IMG/VR virus record: IMGVR_UViG_3300027896_000023
Coordinates: 20,166-84,165 of that record
Strand: one strand, 5' to 3'
DNA from: a virus
DNA: 64,000 nt
Shown: positions 47,701-56,960 of the stretch, piece after piece
Numbering within the stretch: the first letter of the stretch is position 1
Layout of the letters: each line of letters starts with the position of its first letter
Program-made: the position numbers and the translations under genes
Notes under the pieces: generated by a model
Told to the model about the DNA's origin: nothing
What the model saw: only the letters and a program-made list of their open reading frames with translations
Databases searched by the model: none

Positions 47701-50700
47701 GCAGCGGACGTCGCCTGTTCCAGCACCCTGGATTGTTATGCTGGTTGGCATGTTTTTGCTGCTGCGGTTCCTGCAGAGGAAAGCATGAGATAGGAAAGCG
47801 TTGCCATGTAGGTGCACATAGAAGGCTTCGCTGAAGTCCGCTGCGCTGTGCAGGTGCACATAGAAGGCTTCGCTTGTACCTGTTTTGCTGGCGCTTCTCC
47901 GTATCGAGAAGCTGCTTGACAGATTTTTTGAAGTTGTCTTGCGTATGGTGAATGATCCGCTTATCGTTAATGTCCCTGGAAAACCCGTGCCAGACTCTGC
48001 AGACCAAGTGATGTTTTGCGGTTCAGGACTAACGTATTTGCGTACACGTAAATTATCGAAGTATGCCTCAATAGATCCATAGCCAGTGTTGCTGTCAGAT
48101 CCTCCTGCAACACCAACGTAGACGTCGCTGATAGCGTTGGCGCCAGCATAAGTTATGCTATTGATTGACTTGGAATACCACGTTTGAAGTGCATCGCCAG
48201 TCAAAACAGTTGTACTGTTTGGCCCTTGAGGGAAAACTGCACCAGTTAAAAACTGGTTGAAACGGTACTGGTAGCCACCTTGATACTGGTCTTTAACCCT
48301 GACCAAATAATAACTGGATCCATATTTGAAAGCAACGAAAGCGTAGATGTCCCACCAACCTACAGGTGTACCTAACGTTTGAAGGTAATAATCAAAGTCA
48401 ACAGCTATTGTTTGCGCATTGAAAAAGTTTGATCCATAATGAAGTTCACTGACTCCAGCAACGTAGATGCTGCTTTGCCCCACGTATGGCCTAAGCGCTT
48501 TAAGGTCTCCAACTCCGGATCTGCCGCCTCCAGTTTCTGCAGGTGTAACACCGACGGTTACATCGTAGTAGCTGCCGACAGCTGTACCGTCGTTTGTGTC
48601 TAGAGTAGCTGGCCAAGCATCACCTGCAAGACTGCTGTCGAATGATTCGAAAGCTAAGAATGTGGCTGGACCATTGCTGAGGGAAGTGAAGTTTGGAATG
48701 CCATAGTAGATGTAGATTGTTCGGTCAATAGAAGTTAAATCAGCAACGACGTTTACCCATAGTTCTTTCGGGTTAGCTGTATCGTTGATCCAGTATGAAA
48801 GTGGTGTTACTCCGTCGGATGCTGTAACGTAGAGATCCCATGGGAAGTTTATGCAGTGATTGTTAAGGTAGAGATCACTTGTTGTTGATGCGCCAACACC
48901 GCTGTGTAGGTTAATTTTTATTTGGTAGTTTGCACCGGCGCCAGTTGTATGTTGGATAACATGTGTTTGATAATATGGAAGTGCTGGCAGATCTGAAGAG
49001 GATGATTTCCGTATTGTCCATGAGGAAGAAAGATCCTTGCTGCTGCGTGTACGGACAGTAAAACTGCATCGCAGATCTTTAGTTGATTTGTTTCGAACTG
49101 AAAACTTCTCTGACAGGTCTTTTGTGAGTATCCGCAGGTTCATGCTGGAAGATAAATCAACTGTGAGTATGCGTAGGTTGAAGCTTTCAGACAGGTTAGC
49201 GTAGCGGGATACGCCGAATTTGCAGCTTAAATCCTTTGAAGATGACAAGCGAACAGTAACATTGCAGGAGAGATCTTTAGATGACGCCTTACGTAGTGTG
49301 AAACTGCTGCGCAATGTTTTGCTGCTGTAATCCCGAATGCTAAAGTTGCTTCGGAGATTTACTGCGACAGATTCTCGGAGTTCAAATGAAGATGACAGAT
49401 CATTCACAGTTGTTTTTCTACAGGTGAAACTGCCTGAGAGATCTTTCGCTGTTGATTTTTTTATGGTGAAGCTTGCCGATAAATTAGCAGCGGTTCCTAA
49501 AGACAGATGGAAGCTTGAAGATAAGTTAACGTTGCTTTGATGGGTAACTATGAATTTGCAGGATATGTTTTTGCTGTTGCTTTTGCGGATCTTGAATGAC
49601 GATGAAACATTTTTGGATGCGCTTCTGCGAATGGCAAAGCTGGAGGATATATTTTTGCTTATAATTGCGATCGTAAGAGTGACTGATGCAGATAGATTCT
49701 TAGAGGCGTTTTTACGGATTCTGAAACTGGATGCTAAATTAGCGATCGTTATTGGAATAAAGAAGCTAGATGATAAGTCAGGATGCCGAACGCCTAAGCC
49801 TAATATGTCATAAAGTAGGTCCCAACCGGTGAAGACGCCGCCCCAAGTTGCACCTTGATCGTAACTTGCAGCCACGCCCATTCCGCCGCCAGTGTTCATT
49901 CCAAAGAACATGTAGCCGGCTGAAGGTCTCAAAGAGAAACCGTAACTGTGCCCCGAAAGCAAAGTGTATGGCGTGTTGAAATAATATGTAATAGCATCAG
50001 GATTGTTGTTTGGCGCTGATATTGCTGGGCTTACAGCTAAATCTGCACCTGTAGGACGCCCTGCTGCTGCGTTTTGAAGGGCAACATAGACTGTTTGCCC
50101 ACTATTGCTGAAGTTTACAATTTTAAAAGTTATGCCAAGTATCTGTTTTGTCCATGGGGCATTGAAGATTGTTGCCAGCCACCATCCAGGATTGGTGTTT
50201 GAGTTGCTAATGTACTTGGATTGTGAATAGATAGCGCATGGCACGATGGTTGACCATGAACATCCAGGTACAATAAAGCTGCAGGATAATGTGGCTGCGC
50301 CATGAGGGCCAACAGTGAAGTTGGAAGGAAGATCGTTAACTGCGCATGCTGAGAAACTTGAGGATAAGTCAGGGTTAGCAATGCCGAAGAGAGTTACGCT
50401 TACATCGTAAGTTGGTCCTGGCTGAGACCAGGTTCCTCCATCATAACTTGAAGACCAAGTGTTTGTACCTTCTGGCAAACTGCATATTTGGTGGGTAAGG
50501 TTTTTTCCTGAGAGATACCTGTCGACAGCTACGTATTCAACGCCAGCGGTTAATGTGTAGGGCGACGCGAAATATCCAACATAGATGTCTTGGCCTGAAT
50601 CAGAAACATACGGTGCAACAATTACAGATGCCAGGTCAGGGCCTGTTGGTTCATGGTTTATGTCAGCTGCCCTGATTGAGAATTTACGGTTGGAAATTCC

Positions 50701-52929
50701 TGCTTGGCCACCGTAGGCTTGCAGGTAGAAGCCTACTCCATATACTTTGAGGTTTGATGTTGGAGTAAATGGTTGTGCAGTAAAGGGATCGACAGCCCAG
50801 CCGCCTATATTATTAATTTTTGTACTGAAAACTGGAATGATTGCTGTGCCAGAGTAATGAGGCATAATGAAAGCGGTTGAAACACCATCAATACTATACT
50901 GTGGTGGCAACGTAAAGTCTGAAGACATGTCTGCAAAACGCCAGCGAACAAAGAAGCTGCTGGATAACTCTGGCTTATGTACGCCGTATACTGTTTCGCT
51001 GTCGCATCTAACGGTGAAATTGGATCCGCAGTTTTTGCTTGCATAACTAGGCAGTTCAAAGCTGGATGAAAGGTCTGTTGAACTTTCGCTTCTAACAGTG
51101 AAGCTGGATTGTATGTCTGTAGAAGATTGTTCTGGAAGGGAAACACTGCAGGATAAATCGTTGAGGCCGTCGAACCAATGCACATAAACACTGGTGCTTA
51201 AGTCAGCGGCACCATGTTCATGCACAAAGAAAGCGGTACTTAACTCAACTGATCCTGTTGGCACAATGAAGCATTCGCTTAAATCCGCTGATCCTGATTG
51301 TGATAGTTGCAGTTTTAAAAGAACACGGTTATCTACTGGGAGGTAAAGAAAACCGTCGCTGATTGTGATAGCTTCTGCACCATAGTATTCTGGAGGTAAT
51401 GCTATTGCGCCGCCGACTTCTTTTTGCAGCAAAGATGCCACGTCGACTAACTGTAGGTCAGCATGATCGTTGTACCAGTCGGAAAGGTATAATGTTCCAT
51501 TAGAAACTAGTAAACTACCGTAGTCATCCATGTTTACGGATTGAACTTCTATAACGGCTATTTCAGTGAATGCTGCTTTGTCAACTACACTGATGTAGTT
51601 TGGCTGAACCCAGTCGCCATTGGTTGAAAATATGTAGGTGTCATCTGCGCAGCCAGTCCAACATCGACGGATACGAACGTCTAAAGTTATTTGTTCATAA
51701 CTATCAAGTGACGCTGGAAGCTTCAGCAAAATAGTGTTATTTTCGTTATCAATAACGGTGGTGTAAATGTATCCATCGCTGTAAATTGTAAAGCCAGAGG
51801 AAGAAACAAATGATGAAAGATCTATGCCGCCAGTAACAGTGAAGGAAGCTAAATCAATTTTAGCGATACCGTCATTGAAACTCATGTATATTGAAGATCC
51901 ATCGAAGGCAGTGTCATTCACATACTCGTTTGTGCCAAGGTCTAAGCTGTCAACGTAAAAATCTGATAATCGCACTCTCATAAGAAAAGTGTTGTATGGT
52001 GAATTGTTATCTTCGTCATCATAATACATGTAGCCTCCAGCAAACCATATTCGAGCTGGGCTACGTCCCATACATAGTTGTTGCCATACTACAGAGAAAC
52101 TTGATTTCTCAACCAAACAAACTATCGGGCCATCATTTCCATATCCGCCAAGACCAATGTAATCTGCGTTTTGCCCAATAGCATACGCACTCATCGGAAC
52201 TGGAACTGAGTTAACGATGCTTGCTTGGACATAAAATGGATTATTTACATTAAATGAACTGGACAGGTCATCAGCTAAAGCACCGTAATCTCCATTGAAA
52301 GTTATAGTAATGGCATCGTAATGTCCCCACGGCATAGTTGTGCCTGAGTTTGCGTTACCTTTACTACTAACTATGTTATCCAGGTAGGCAAGACTCTTGT
52401 TTCCTTCTCGTGCACCATCAATCAATGTGAAACCATTTTGTGGATCTGTCTGTGCGCCTGACCCAATGTTTGTAGCAAAAATAATTCCCACCCATAACTC
52501 GTTATCCTGTGAAGTAAGGTCTATCCAAGGAGTAGTGGGGTTAGTTCCATTTCCGCCTCCTGTGCCATATTTGTCAAGATACCCTTTGTACGGTAATCCA
52601 GAGTATTCCCAGAGGTCTACTATACATGTACCAGTTGGATCACCTGACATGTTAATAGTAATCTCAGCATTAGCATCTGCGCCGACAGCGCCAACCCATA
52701 CTTCAAGAACGCCATCCCATTGATTGAAACCGGGTGGCATTTTTGTCCAGGTTACGCCTGTTTGAGAAATAGAAGCAACTGTTGGCGGAGGCGGAGTGTA
52801 AGTTACTTCGTCACCGCGCAGGGCAATAGCTGCAACAATGAGGTTCCATTCAGTAGGCGGATCGTCCAAGGTAACAGTAAGAGGATTAGATGATGATGTA
52901 CCTCGAGCGTTCTGGACTCGTGTAATCAT
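44740..52929 (-). CDS. Giant 2729-aa repeat protein with beta-propeller, two paralogous beta-rich modules, DUF2341-like domain and >100 14-aa repeats
   Basis: Long ORF; DUF2341-like DG.TPLSYWI..LWV.V..IYIYYG; Arg/Ser-rich repeats (count estimated). Confidence 0.85.
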   Translation of the reverse strand: MITRVQNARGTSSSNPLTVTLDDPPTEWNLIVAAIALRGDEVTYTPPPPTVASISQTGVTWTKMPPGFNQWDGVLEVWVGAVGADANAEITINMSGDPTGTCIVDLWEYSGLPYKGYLDKYGTGGGNGTNPTTPWIDLTSQDNELWVGIIFATNIGSGAQTDPQNGFTLIDGAREGNKSLAYLDNIVSSKGNANSGTTMPWGHYDAITITFNGDYGALADDLSSSFNVNNPFYVQASIVNSVPVPMSAYAIGQNADYIGLGGYGNDGPIVCLVEKSSFSVVWQQLCMGRSPARIWFAGGYMYYDDEDNNSPYNTFLMRVRLSDFYVDSLDLGTNEYVNDTAFDGSSIYMSFNDGIAKIDLASFTVTGGIDLSSFVSSSGFTIYSDGYIYTTVIDNENNTILLKLPASLDSYEQITLDVRIRRCWTGCADDTYIFSTNGDWVQPNYISVVDKAAFTEIAVIEVQSVNMDDYGSLLVSNGTLYLSDWYNDHADLQLVDVASLLQKEVGGAIALPPEYYGAEAITISDGFLYLPVDNRVLLKLQLSQSGSADLSECFIVPTGSVELSTAFFVHEHGAADLSTSVYVHWFDGLNDLSCSVSLPEQSSTDIQSSFTVRSESSTDLSSSFELPSYASKNCGSNFTVRCDSETVYGVHKPELSSSFFVRWRFADMSSDFTLPPQYSIDGVSTAFIMPHYSGTAIIPVFSTKINNIGGWAVDPFTAQPFTPTSNLKVYGVGFYLQAYGGQAGISNRKFSIRAADINHEPTGPDLASVIVAPYVSDSGQDIYVGYFASPYTLTAGVEYVAVDRYLSGKNLTHQICSLPEGTNTWSSSYDGGTWSQPGPTYDVSVTLFGIANPDLSSSFSACAVNDLPSNFTVGPHGAATLSCSFIVPGCSWSTIVPCAIYSQSKYISNSNTNPGWWLATIFNAPWTKQILGITFKIVNFSNSGQTVYVALQNAAAGRPTGADLAVSPAISAPNNNPDAITYYFNTPYTLLSGHSYGFSLRPSAGYMFFGMNTGGGMGVAASYDQGATWGGVFTGWDLLYDILGLGVRHPDLSSSFFIPITIANLASSFRIRKNASKNLSASVTLTIAIISKNISSSFAIRRSASKNVSSSFKIRKSNSKNISCKFIVTHQSNVNLSSSFHLSLGTAANLSASFTIKKSTAKDLSGSFTCRKTTVNDLSSSFELRESVAVNLRSNFSIRDYSSKTLRSSFTLRKASSKDLSCNVTVRLSSSKDLSCKFGVSRYANLSESFNLRILTVDLSSSMNLRILTKDLSEKFSVRNKSTKDLRCSFTVRTRSSKDLSSSWTIRKSSSSDLPALPYYQTHVIQHTTGAGANYQIKINLHSGVGASTTSDLYLNNHCINFPWDLYVTASDGVTPLSYWINDTANPKELWVNVVADLTSIDRTIYIYYGIPNFTSLSNGPATFLAFESFDSSLAGDAWPATLDTNDGTAVGSYYDVTVGVTPAETGGGRSGVGDLKALRPYVGQSSIYVAGVSELHYGSNFFNAQTIAVDFDYYLQTLGTPVGWWDIYAFVAFKYGSSYYLVRVKDQYQGGYQYRFNQFLTGAVFPQGPNSTTVLTGDALQTWYSKSINSITYAGANAISDVYVGVAGGSDSNTGYGSIEAYFDNLRVRKYVSPEPQNITWSAESGTGFPGTLTISGSFTIRKTTSKNLSSSFSIRRSASKTGTSEAFYVHLHSAADFSEAFYVHLHGNAFLSHAFLCRNRSSKNMPTSITIQGAGTGDVRCNFTIRNFADLSESFTVHNTPGKTNLSSKFVISKPGFRQLRSKFTLRKAGSKSGVSSSFSIRLPNTANAHGSVTIRTSRSKDCRSNIRIRNRGSRALSSSFSVIKNNLSSSCTVRKASSKRLSSSIYVNKQSFSRDLLGRFTVRSRSTADLSGSFTPKHISANCRSSFTVRSKNTSEVSSSVTLTRRTKNSLSSSFTVRSGSSAYNRGKFKIGHSAAADVSSKFTLRKATAADASANITVRQSTSRTSKCSFTVRSRSTRALSSNFYLKPQRNLSSNFTLRKSNSKTLRSSFYVRKLGFSDLSSKFIIKKRGSQALSSSVSPQRISANCRCSFTVRQASTKDMHGNFTLTRRSYKRLSSNFTVQNKATTTLRSSFRISNPFTVDLSSSFSLRKALSQDTSCSITLRHQTSKDCRSSFRVRSRSTRALSSNFYLKPQRNLSSNFTLRKSTAKDLRSSVYVRKLGSASVSCKFTIRSRGSLYLSSSITPKRLSTNCRCSVTVRNKGSAALSSSFYLKLQRDLSSSFTNRRSTSKDLRSSVYVRKLGQAEASGKFTVRKRSGVDLSCSVTPKRLSANCRCSFTVRQFSSKAISSSFTLTRRSYKRLSSNVTVRNKAAAACRSSFRIGHQSTVFVSSSFSIRSRVSAAVSSNFTVRSVAVKNSKCSFTIRGRSTRALSCSFYVPPQRNLSSSFQTRKVSSRRLSSSFYVRRIGAADVSAKLVIRKRSSRDCSGSFTPQRLHANYRCTFTVRNRSAKDLGSSFTIGYIAKANLRSSLTLRISGSVSLRSSFRITHSTSTEVSSSFTVRRPAAANLHSNVTIKKSGLKDFKCSFTVRHQIAKDLRSSFNLKKPTAVDLSSSFFVLVAPSLPSNVTIRKVSKKDLRSSVSLRKRTEADCSCSFIVYRPRVDLSCSFTIRRSSRQRLRSNFTVRGQNARNLSSSVCVVKSDNLRSNFSIGPGKFGYVHLATHSVVRTSFCVTTRAKVSTWLEENQ

Positions 52930-53028
52930 TTAGATTCAAATAAGAATAGCCTGTTGTGTGGTTTTTAGTCTTACGGTTTAGCGTGTACTATACATGACTG
53001 AAGAGGAAACGGTTGAACGAAAAATAGT

Positions 53029-53412
53029 TTATGGGAACCCGTTTTCAGTAGCGCGATCAACTTTCTTTGTGGTGCACATAACATTGCCAGTGCGTGGGTC
53101 ACAGTCAAGTTCTATTCGGTAAATATTTGGCGCTTCACCCACGTGGAAACCAAGCGATAAAGCTTCAATTGTTGCCGGGTGATCCATAAATGCTGCCTGG
53201 TGTCTGTTGATTAAAATGCCCAGGTCTTTGCTTTCAGAAGCCTTCACATAGATATTGTGGACGTCATCGCTGGCTTTAACAGCAATAATTTTTCCATTCA
53301 CCGTACGTTCTACAGAAGTGATAACTTCACCTGCAGGAATAGTCCACGGGTAACAGTCTACATCCGTGTAGGTTTTACCGCTTTTAGTATGAATCATCCA
53401 TCTATTAGCCAA
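53029..53412 (-). CDS. Hypothetical protein
   Basis: ORF downstream of a TATA-like element. Confidence 0.65.
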   Translation of the reverse strand: MANRWMIHTKSGKTYTDVDCYPWTIPAGEVITSVERTVNGKIIAVKASDDVHNIYVKASESKDLGILINRHQAAFMDHPATIEALSLGFHVGEAPNIYRIELDCDPRTGNVMCTTKKVDRATENGFP

Positions 53413-53462
53413 ATTCTTCGCTCCACAGAAAAGTATGGGGTAGTTTATGTTTAAGCTTTTCG

Positions 53463-53693
53463 TTAAGGGTTAACGGCCACAGTAATTGACGCAGATAAAG
53501 ATGAAGAAAGCACTTGTTTCTTAGCTTCTAACTCTGCAACTTCCTGCCGAAGCGCCTCAGCTTTCTTCTGCAGATCCTCATTTGCTTTCTCAAAATTGAT
53601 AGCTTTACCTGCTGCTGGAAACAGCTTCATCATATCAATAAACTGTTGTAGCTCTTCCAAATTGTTAATGCGTAATAACAGATTAATTTCCAT
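53463..53693 (-). CDS. Small coiled-coil protein
   Basis: ORF; the motif CTACAGGTGTAA sits at the RBS position. Confidence 0.6.
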   Translation of the reverse strand: MEINLLLRINNLEELQQFIDMMKLFPAAGKAINFEKANEDLQKKAEALRQEVAELEAKKQVLSSSLSASITVAVNP

Positions 53694-53786
53694 AGATTAC
53701 ACCTGTAGTTTTAGGAATAAAAAACTTACCATACTGAACTCCCAGGGGAGAACACTATGGAACCAAGGGGAGATCTGAACCCGATT

Positions 53787-54173
53787 TTAACCAGTGTACT
53801 GGTATCTGACGTGATGCTTGAACAGAACTGTGCCTGACGTTGTTGGCGATGCTGGAACTTTGACCTTTGTCCTGACGTTGATGCTGTTGCCGTATCCTGC
53901 TGCAACCGAAGCGGCTGCTGCTTCTACGCCTGATCCAACTGATTTGACGTACGCGCCTTCTTTGCTTGTGCTTTCATAGACCCATGAACCTGTCTTGGCC
54001 TCTGAAGCATTCGTTGATCCCATGTAGCTGATGCTGACGTTGACCGCTGAAGCATAGCCACCTGTCTTGTTTCGAATGTGGTAGGATTTTGTTGCTGTCG
54101 AAGTTCCGACGTCCACGACGCCGAAGCTGATACTGGTTGGGTTAAAACTGATTGACGGAGCTGAGTTTACCAT
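53787..54173 (-). CDS. Small Ig-like (ASH/PapD-like) putative structural protein
   Basis: P.SISFG.V.VG....SY.IRN; Ser/Thr/Ala-rich; own TATA-like promoter ~54210. Confidence 0.65.
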   Translation of the reverse strand: MVNSAPSISFNPTSISFGVVDVGTSTATKSYHIRNKTGGYASAVNVSISYMGSTNASEAKTGSWVYESTSKEGAYVKSVGSGVEAAAASVAAGYGNSINVRTKVKVPASPTTSGTVLFKHHVRYQYTG

Positions 54174-54235
54174 ATATGGTCACGTTAAGAGTTGTTTGGG
54201 GGTTCTATGTTTTTAAGCGTTCTTATCTTGCGAGT

Positions 54236-54856
54236 TCAGAGTTTTTCTCCGGCTAAGAAAGTGTGGTGTTGTATGTGGCTTTTCTGCACCTGTAGATTGA
54301 ATTCAGGCTTGAAAGCCTCCTGGTAAAAAGAAACTGGTCGACAGGTGATGTGAGAGTATTCTTCCCAGGTAATAGCATCCATCATGAATTCGTGAATGTA
54401 AAGCATACCGCCTTTCTTGACTAGCTGCTTAAGATTCAACACTGCCTGATTGAATTCTTTCGGATCTAAGATGTGCTGCAGCACCATGTTTGATACAGCG
54501 GCATCCATAACTTCAGGTTTAATTGTGAGACCGCCTCGTGCAGCAAGAGGAAGAGAAAGATTTGCCTGGAGAAGAAAATCGAATTTGCGCCGTTTATGAT
54601 GTTTAGCAAACAGCTTCAGCATCTCAGCACTGAAGTCAACTCCCCAGTATTGCTTGCAGTGATTGGATAGTGTACTATACAGTCTTCCTGTGCCGCAGCC
54701 GAAATCAAGAAGCATTTCAAATTGGCCAATCTGATCGATTGTTTTGAGGGTTACATCATCTTTCATTGCTGTGCCTGCTTGGCCTGGCGATGTGATACCT
54801 GATGCCTTTGCACGGTCGTCCCAGTATTTCGTGGGATTAGAATACTCGCCGGTCAC
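54236..54856 (-). CDS. Class I SAM-dependent methyltransferase
   Basis: YWD.RA, LDFGCGTGR, GVDFS, VLQHI. Confidence 0.9.
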   Translation of the reverse strand: MTGEYSNPTKYWDDRAKASGITSPGQAGTAMKDDVTLKTIDQIGQFEMLLDFGCGTGRLYSTLSNHCKQYWGVDFSAEMLKLFAKHHKRRKFDFLLQANLSLPLAARGGLTIKPEVMDAAVSNMVLQHILDPKEFNQAVLNLKQLVKKGGMLYIHEFMMDAITWEEYSHITCRPVSFYQEAFKPEFNLQVQKSHIQHHTFLAGEKL

Positions 54857-55296
54857 GTTTTTGCCTCTGGAGACTTCACGATTATTGCTGTTGCTTTCAT
54901 AATGTGTTCTACTGCTTGGCTGAGGGCTTGTTTGGCAATTAAAAGATTATTGATTACATCAATGTTTACTGTGGCGCCATCTAAGCTGATTTCCAAAAGA
55001 ACCGTGCACCCCGGTACAAGAACAGAATTATCCAGTTCCTCCAGTTTCATCACAACTTCCGCTATAAGCTGTTCCTTAACAGCAGAAGCCGGGCTGAAAA
55101 GTTCAGGATGCAGGGGTTTAAAATTGTCAGGCGGCGCTAAGAGTGACTCTTGGTTTCTACGGTATTTGTTACGTATGCAGTTTTCACAGTATTCGCCCCA
55201 TCGTTCTGTGTTAGCGAAAACGTTTGCACATTTAGCATAGTCGATGCAGCTGACTAATCCATGTTTAGACTGGATGGTGAATGGTTGGGCACTCAT
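54853..55296 (-). CDS. Hypothetical protein with Cys cluster
   Basis: ORF, coupled to neighbours. Confidence 0.6.
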   Translation of the reverse strand: MSAQPFTIQSKHGLVSCIDYAKCANVFANTERWGEYCENCIRNKYRRNQESLLAPPDNFKPLHPELFSPASAVKEQLIAEVVMKLEELDNSVLVPGCTVLLEISLDGATVNIDVINNLLIAKQALSQAVEHIMKATAIIVKSPEAKT

Positions 55297-55568
55297 AGTT
55301 TTTTCTCCGCTTTACGCATCTTCTCATCCAGCTTTTTCTGTTCTTCATCAAGCCATCTCTTGTAGGCTTCACGGTTCAAACTGTACTCTACGTGTTTGTA
55401 ATCAATCTGTTCCCGGTCCACAAGCCCTTCATTCTGCAATAGATGAAGTTCCTGGCTGAAGTGACTCTTGCTTGGTCTACCAGTCTCGTTGTAGAGATCA
55501 GTAAACCGCAGGTTCACTGGTGAATCCAGAAGCGCTTTGATTACTTTTTCACGTAGAGACTCAGACAC
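55293..55568 (-). CDS. Winged-helix (HxlR/ArsR-like) regulator
   Basis: LRFTDL...SKSHFSQEL..LQNEGLVDR...VEYSL. Confidence 0.8.
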   Translation of the reverse strand: MSESLREKVIKALLDSPVNLRFTDLYNETGRPSKSHFSQELHLLQNEGLVDREQIDYKHVEYSLNREAYKRWLDEEQKKLDEKMRKAEKKL

Positions 55569-55697
55569 GTTTAGGTAACTCCTGTAACTCCTCTTTCTTC
55601 GGGTCTTTCACATGGATGGTGCACGGATTATTTTTTTCTGGGCATCCTTTCCTGTGTATGCAGTTGTGGCAGCCGTTAATTTTCATTTGGTGGTTCA

Positions 55698-56786
55698 TCA
55701 TTTCACCTCGTTTTGTACCTTCCGCAGGATCTCCACAACTTGCGCTGCGGTCTTGCGAATGTCGTAATACTGTTCAGCGATCTGTCGGCACTCATTTCGC
55801 ACTGCTTCTTTGTTTGCCCGGACTCGATCGTATGTCTTAGCTATAGCTTCTGAGAGTGATATAGGATCTAGTGCGTCAGCGTGCATGAATGCGTGGCTAT
55901 CATTGTACCTGGAGGATGAGTCGAAGTCTATACATGGGCAACCTGTAGCCATGCTTTCAAGGTTCACGCGGCTTGGATCGCCGTATAAGCTGGGGCTGAT
56001 AGTCATGTCGACAGCGCGGTACCAGTCTTCCGGGAAGTCCTGGAAGCCACGTAATCTGTGGTCTCCAAGAAATTTGTCGAAGCGGGCTTTGTACAGCATC
56101 ATCTCTAAGATTGGTTTTTCATCTCCGACACCCCAGTGGTAAAGCCGAACTTTCTCATTCTGTTTGTAATACTCGTTTATGGCCCAGTAAGGAAGAATAG
56201 GAAGTTTAACTCCGCCGCCTCTTTGTACTTCACCCATGCCGATTTTTGGTTCGCCGAATGTTGCATGGCGTTTGCCTTTAGGATTAAACCTGTCTATATC
56301 GACGCCTTTCGGGACATTGTAGTGTGTGCCTCGTTGGTCAAACTGTTTCCAGAATGTGCTTTGGCGGTTGCTGAAAACTATGGTAGCGTCTAGATTCTCG
56401 ATGCCGCCGACTACTGCGCTGAACGCACCGCTTTCTGCTTCAGCTTCATAGCATGCTTCAGGTGTTCCATGAATAAACATTACTCGTGGGCGCTGTTCAC
56501 AGGCGTAGCCGTTCATGAAGTAGCTGCTGCAGTGAATTGTAGCTTGATCGATAGCCCAGTCCTGGCTTTGTGTGGTTATGAAACCGTCAGCTTTGCCGCC
56601 GACTTTATCGTTTGGATCCACAATGCCTGCGATCACACCAGGTATTTCCATTTCTGCAATACAGAGTTCTTTCACGGTTTCATACATACCTGATCTGCCT
56701 GGCGCAAACATGCACCAATGGGCAATAACCAAGTCGATGTCTTCTTTTTCTTTTCCAGGAGGAACAGCTGCTGATTTTAAACTCAT
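55698..56786 (-). CDS. GT-B glycosyltransferase (GT4-like)
   Basis: SGMYE, HGTPE, GVDIDRF, PSLY...NLESMATGCPCI. Confidence 0.85.
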   Translation of the reverse strand: MSLKSAAVPPGKEKEDIDLVIAHWCMFAPGRSGMYETVKELCIAEMEIPGVIAGIVDPNDKVGGKADGFITTQSQDWAIDQATIHCSSYFMNGYACEQRPRVMFIHGTPEACYEAEAESGAFSAVVGGIENLDATIVFSNRQSTFWKQFDQRGTHYNVPKGVDIDRFNPKGKRHATFGEPKIGMGEVQRGGGVKLPILPYWAINEYYKQNEKVRLYHWGVGDEKPILEMMLYKARFDKFLGDHRLRGFQDFPEDWYRAVDMTISPSLYGDPSRVNLESMATGCPCIDFDSSSRYNDSHAFMHADALDPISLSEAIAKTYDRVRANKEAVRNECRQIAEQYYDIRKTAAQVVEILRKVQNEVK

Positions 56787-56959
56787 GTTAAAAACTTCCG
56801 TTTTTTAGTTACTATAACATTGGTAAGTTCAGGTGTCGGAGGGCCTAATCCTCGGTTGTTCTCTAAGCTCCCTTTCGTAATTAAATATTTGAGTTCTTCT
56901 GGCGCCAGAGAGTTAGGGTCATTCACCCATATTTCAACGTTGAAATTTAATTTAGCCAT
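56783..56959 (-). CDS. Hypothetical protein
   Basis: Short ORF between the two glycosyltransferases. Confidence 0.5.
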   Translation of the reverse strand: MAKLNFNVEIWVNDPNSLAPEELKYLITKGSLENNRGLGPPTPELTNVIVTKKRKFLT

Positions 56960-56960
56960 G

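Noticed and set aside
38034-49813. Many + strand ORFs up to 298 aa
   Set aside because: Antisense shadows of the repetitive giant genes
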